From an uncultured Ruminococcus sp. (GTDB lineage Bacteria > Bacillota > Clostridia > Oscillospirales > CAG-382), in contig CACYCI010000015.1 in the NCBI GenBank assembly GCA_902772845.1, forward strand, positions 1-53,298: DNA of 53,298 nucleotides. Direction: 5' to 3'. The notes below the pieces were generated by a model. It was not told where the DNA came from. It saw only the letters and a program-made list of their open reading frames with translations, and did no database searches. The position numbers and the translations under genes were made by a program. Positions 49,782 through 53,298 of this stretch are shown one piece after another. Each line of letters begins with the position of its first letter. Position 1 is the stretch's first letter.

Positions 49782-50660
49782 ATGGATTCTATCGTAAGAA
49801 GCAGGGCGGGCGAAGAATACGTTTCTTCATCCGACGATAAAGCGCTGGATTTCTTTTACAACAACGCTTTCGGCAGGATCTGCCTTAAAGCCGTGAACAA
49901 ACCGTTTGCCGCAAAAATAGTCGGCCGGTATATGAATTCGCGTTTTTCTGTCAAGCGCATAGAAAAGTTCGTAAAAGAAAACAATATCGATATGTCTTTG
50001 TACGAAGACTGCGATTATAAAAGCTATAACGATTTTTTTACGCGGCGCCTCAAGGAAGAGAATATGCACATCTGCATGGACCCCGACGCGCTCATAGCCC
50101 CGTGCGATTCCAAACTCACCGCGTATAAAATAGACGGCGACAGCGTATTCTATATAAAAGGCGCACCGTACAGTCTGGCGGAATTTCTTAAAAACGAAAC
50201 GCTCGCGGCTGAATTCGTCGGCGGACTTATGCTCGTTTTTCGCCTTTCGGTGGATAATTATCACCGCTACTGCTATTTTGATACCGGCACCAAAGGCGAA
50301 AACATCTACATAAAAGGCGTTCTCCACACCGTTAAACCTGTCTCGCTCGGCAGGTACAACTATTATAAACAGAACTGCCGCGAATACACCGTGATGAATA
50401 CAAAAAGCTTCGGAAAAGCCATACAGGCCGAGATCGGCGCAATGCTCGTCGGCAAGATAAACAACCATTCCGGCGAATGCGCTTTCACTCGCGGAGAAGA
50501 AAAGGGCATGTTCGAATTCGGCGGATCGACCGTGGTAGTGGTGCTCCGCGCCGGCGCCGCCGTTCTGGATAAAGACATCGTGCTCAATTCCGGCGAGGGG
50601 ATCGAGACCGAGGTGCATATAGGCGAGCGCATCGGGACGGCAGTCTGCACGGAGGGTTGA
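49782..50660 (+). CDS. psd: Phosphatidylserine decarboxylase proenzyme
   Basis: SYNDFFTR.LK, APCDS, RLSVDNYHRY, IGAMLVGKI, EKGMFEFGGSTVV self-cleavage motif. Confidence 0.92.
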   Translation: MDSIVRSRAGEEYVSSSDDKALDFFYNNAFGRICLKAVNKPFAAKIVGRYMNSRFSVKRIEKFVKENNIDMSLYEDCDYKSYNDFFTRRLKEENMHICMDPDALIAPCDSKLTAYKIDGDSVFYIKGAPYSLAEFLKNETLAAEFVGGLMLVFRLSVDNYHRYCYFDTGTKGENIYIKGVLHTVKPVSLGRYNYYKQNCREYTVMNTKSFGKAIQAEIGAMLVGKINNHSGECAFTRGEEKGMFEFGGSTVVVVLRAGAAVLDKDIVLNSGEGIETEVHIGERIGTAVCTEG

Positions 50661-50661
50661 A

Positions 50662-51057
50662 ATGTTCGCAAAGCTACGTCAGTTCATGCAGGGGCGTTAC
50701 GGCTCCGACCAGCTCAACACCGCGCTTGTCATAACGGTGCTCGTGCTTTCGATCATAAATATGTTCGCGCATTCGCCGGTAGTATTCGCGCTCGAAGTCG
50801 CCGTTATGCTTTGGGCGGTCTACCGCATGCTTTCACGCAAGATACAGACCCGCTTGCGCGAAAATAAAGCGTTCCTTTCCGGCTGGAACAAGGTCAAGCA
50901 GTTCTTTGCGCGCATAAAGAACCGTATCAAAGACAGAAAGACGCACGTTTATATGAAATGCCCCGAATGCAAAGCACAGCTCAGATTTAAACGTGTCAAG
51001 GGCGAACACGGCGTGCGCTGCCCCAAATGCGGCGCTCAGTTCAACGTAAAAATATAA
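50662..51057 (+). CDS. Membrane-anchored zinc-ribbon protein
   Basis: FMQGRYGSDQL, two TM segments, CPEC...CPKC. Confidence 0.75.
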   Translation: MFAKLRQFMQGRYGSDQLNTALVITVLVLSIINMFAHSPVVFALEVAVMLWAVYRMLSRKIQTRLRENKAFLSGWNKVKQFFARIKNRIKDRKTHVYMKCPECKAQLRFKRVKGEHGVRCPKCGAQFNVKI

Positions 51058-51066
51058 TAAAAAAAC

Positions 51067-51106
51067 AAAACCGGTACCCGCGCACGGCGCAGGGACCGGT
51101 TTTTTG
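51067..51106. terminator. Bidirectional terminator
   Basis: AAAACCGGT.CCC.GCGC...GCGC.GGGACCGGTTTT inverted repeat between convergent genes. Confidence 0.75.
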
Positions 51107-51123
51107 TTATGCCATAACGTCAG

Positions 51124-51978
51124 TCAGTCTTGTCTGGTGTAAAAGATCTTGCTTCCGGCGGGGATAGAATGGGTGATCCACGCATTACTTCCGACAACGC
51201 TGTTGTCTCCTATAACGGTATCGCCGCCGAGTATTGTGGCGCCGGCGTAAATAATAACGTGGCTGCCTATATCCGGGTGGCGTTTTATGCCCTTTATCGG
51301 GTTTCCGTTTTCGTCCAGCTTAAAGCTCAGAGCTCCCAGAGTCACGCCCTGATACAGCTTGACGTGGTCTTTGATCGTGCAGGTCTCGCCTATGACAACG
51401 CCCGTGCCGTGATCTATAAAGAAGTATTCGCCTATCTCGGCACCGGGGTGTATGTCGATCCCGGTCAGCCGGTGAGCGTATTCTGTCATCATACGGGCTA
51501 TCAGCTCGGCGCCCAGCAGATAAAGACGGTGAGCAATGCGGTAAATGCTTATGGCTTCAAAAGCGGGGTATGCCAGCATGATCTCGGTCTCGCTGCGGGC
51601 TGCCGGGTCGCCTTCGTAAGCGGCGCGCACGTCGGTTTCGGTCAACGCGCAGATGCCGTCGAGCCCGGCGATGAATTCGTTCACCAGCGAATTGGCTTTT
51701 TCGGTGTCCTTGTCGGGGTCAAGGTCGCAAAGGATATCGTACAAAAGCAGCGCGGCGCGGTGAAGAGTTATACGGATATCGTCGCAGATATAATAATCCT
51801 CGCGCGAGCAATCGCCGAAAATGCGCGGATACATTGCGCTGCGCAAAAGTTTGAGCAGCGTTTCCACCTGCGCCTTCAACCCGGAGCGGTTTATCGTCAC
51901 CGCCTGCTTTTCGCTGCGCTGCGAAAGCTTTTGCGCGGCGTCGGCAACGGCAAGGTCAAAATCGTGTTTGTTGTTCAT
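51124..51978 (-). CDS. cysE: Serine O-acetyltransferase (EpsC/CysE type)
   Basis: DPAA, YRIAHRL, TGIDIHPGAEIG..FFIDHGTGVVIGET, YQGVTLGA, KRHP. Confidence 0.93.
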   Translation of the reverse strand: MNNKHDFDLAVADAAQKLSQRSEKQAVTINRSGLKAQVETLLKLLRSAMYPRIFGDCSREDYYICDDIRITLHRAALLLYDILCDLDPDKDTEKANSLVNEFIAGLDGICALTETDVRAAYEGDPAARSETEIMLAYPAFEAISIYRIAHRLYLLGAELIARMMTEYAHRLTGIDIHPGAEIGEYFFIDHGTGVVIGETCTIKDHVKLYQGVTLGALSFKLDENGNPIKGIKRHPDIGSHVIIYAGATILGGDTVIGDNSVVGSNAWITHSIPAGSKIFYTRQD

Positions 51979-52026
51979 ATCTATCAACTCCGAAAACAGG
52001 AATTACGTTTATAACAGTATACGGCT

Positions 52027-52227
52027 TTATCTGAAAAGCAGGCACCCCTGAGCGCGGAAATCTTCGATCTTTTTGCGGATCGCTTCTTCCGTGACGTCAA
52101 AATGCGCGGCAAGACACCTTATGCACATGAATTCAGTCGCTCCGCGGTCTACCAGCTTTTTATGCGCGCCGATATCGTCTTTGCCGAGCTTTGCACCGCA
52201 TTTTATACATTCGGGCGCGTCATTCAT
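52027..52227 (-). CDS. Small Cys4 zinc-finger protein (66 aa)
   Basis: CIKC...CIRC and C-terminal QGCLLF; overlaps the upstream gene by 8 nt. Confidence 0.7.
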   Translation of the reverse strand: MNDAPECIKCGAKLGKDDIGAHKKLVDRGATEFMCIRCLAAHFDVTEEAIRKKIEDFRAQGCLLFR

Positions 52228-53298
52228 GCACTATCTTGCACCTGAGCATCATGCATTCGTGCGGGTGAAGTATCTTGGGCGACCTGAACTGGTCGCGGAA
52301 GACACCGTAGTTTTCGCCGGTCCAAAGATCCGTGATCTCGAGCCGGACGCCGCAGGAACGGTCGAGCCCCATATCCGCAAAGATGAAGAACGGGGTGATG
52401 TCGTATTCCTGCAGGTCGAAAATTGCTACAGCGAGATCGCCGCCCTCAAGCTGCTTGCACCAGGCGGTGGTCCCCCAGTATTCGCAAATGGGGAACGGCT
52501 GGCGCTGTGCGCCGTCCTGATTGATGGCGATTATTTCTTTCTTGGTGAGTATCTCTTTGGTTTCGGGAGTCATATCGCGTATGTCGCAGCCGATCATCAG
52601 CGGGGAATTGAAGAAGGCCCACATGGAAAAATGAGTGCGGTATTCTTCGGTGGTGCAGCCCTTTAAGCCGACGTTGCCCTTGCCGTTCATGCCCACTACC
52701 AGCATATCCATATCGTTGAAACAGCCCTTGCCGTTATACGGCTGCAGCGCGACCTGCTTGTCGTAAAGATCTTTTATGCTCTGCCAGCTGTCGTTTATGT
52801 CGCCGGTGGAACGCCACATATGCGCTCCGGTGGTCTTTATCCATTTGTGAGTCTCGTCAGCGCCCCAGCTGCACGCCGAAAACAGAATATCTCTTCCGCA
52901 GTTGGCGAGCGCCATGCCCATGCGCTTGTAAAGCAGATCGCCGGTGACGCTTCTGGGCTTGAAGCAATAGTCGTATTTCAAAAAGTCAACGCCCCATTCG
53001 GCAAAGGTGGCGGCGTCTATGAATTCATACTGGAAAGAAGAAGGATAGCCCGCGCACGTGAGAGTGCCGGAGCAGGAATACATACCGAATTTGAGCCCCT
53101 TGGAATGGACGTAATCCGCAACGGCTTTCATGCCGTGGGGGAACTTTTCGGGATCGGCGACCAGTTTACCGTTCGCGTCGCGTTCTTTGAGCGACCAGCA
53201 GTCGTCGATCACGACGTATTCGTAGCCGCAGTCCTTCAGCCCGGACGCCACGATCTTGTCGGCGGCTTCCAGGATCAACTGTTCGTTGATGTTTTTGC
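52220..53298 (-). CDS. GH27 alpha-galactosidase (5' end outside the window)
   Basis: YVVIDDCW, GLKFGMYS, WGVDFLKYDYC, MWRSTGDI, NDMDML, HFSMW....SPL..GCD. Confidence 0.93.
   Translation of the reverse strand, partial: KNINEQLILEAADKIVASGLKDCGYEYVVIDDCWSLKERDANGKLVADPEKFPHGMKAVADYVHSKGLKFGMYSCSGTLTCAGYPSSFQYEFIDAATFAEWGVDFLKYDYCFKPRSVTGDLLYKRMGMALANCGRDILFSACSWGADETHKWIKTTGAHMWRSTGDINDSWQSIKDLYDKQVALQPYNGKGCFNDMDMLVVGMNGKGNVGLKGCTTEEYRTHFSMWAFFNSPLMIGCDIRDMTPETKEILTKKEIIAINQDGAQRQPFPICEYWGTTAWCKQLEGGDLAVAIFDLQEYDITPFFIFADMGLDRSCGVRLEITDLWTGENYGVFRDQFRSPKILHPHECMMLRCKIVHE

Overview
A chromosomal window from a moderately GC-rich Firmicute. Gene content, sigma-A promoters, an S-box riboswitch and dockerins point to an anaerobic Clostridia, Oscillospirales/Ruminococcaceae-like gut or rumen organism (inference). 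I saw no prophage, IS, CRISPR array, rRNA or tRNA. Housekeeping genes: metK behind a SAM-I riboswitch, glyQS, an RlmI-like methyltransferase, iorAB, oppABCDF, ftsK, uppP, an M29 aminopeptidase, ligA, prmA, an endonuclease IV-like enzyme, psd and cysE. Accessory loci of most interest: (1) an ABC / DUF1854 / ABC operon in which both transporters carry an N-terminal extension ending in a CPxC...CPxC zinc ribbon; (2) a non-CAZyme cohesin-like/dockerin protein and a CHAP-like/dockerin protein sharing the same dockerin signature, flanking an acyl-adenylating enzyme-ACP fusion and a PHP hydrolase; (3) an opp operon with a roughly 370-aa insertion in OppD plus enlarged OppA and OppC; (4) glycan-related lipoprotein loci (DUF4434/Lgt/GH109 and two divergent DUF4838-like genes); (5) an AT-rich decayed secreted-peptide gene upstream of an orphan lipoprotein. 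All family assignments come from motif recognition by eye; no database search was run.
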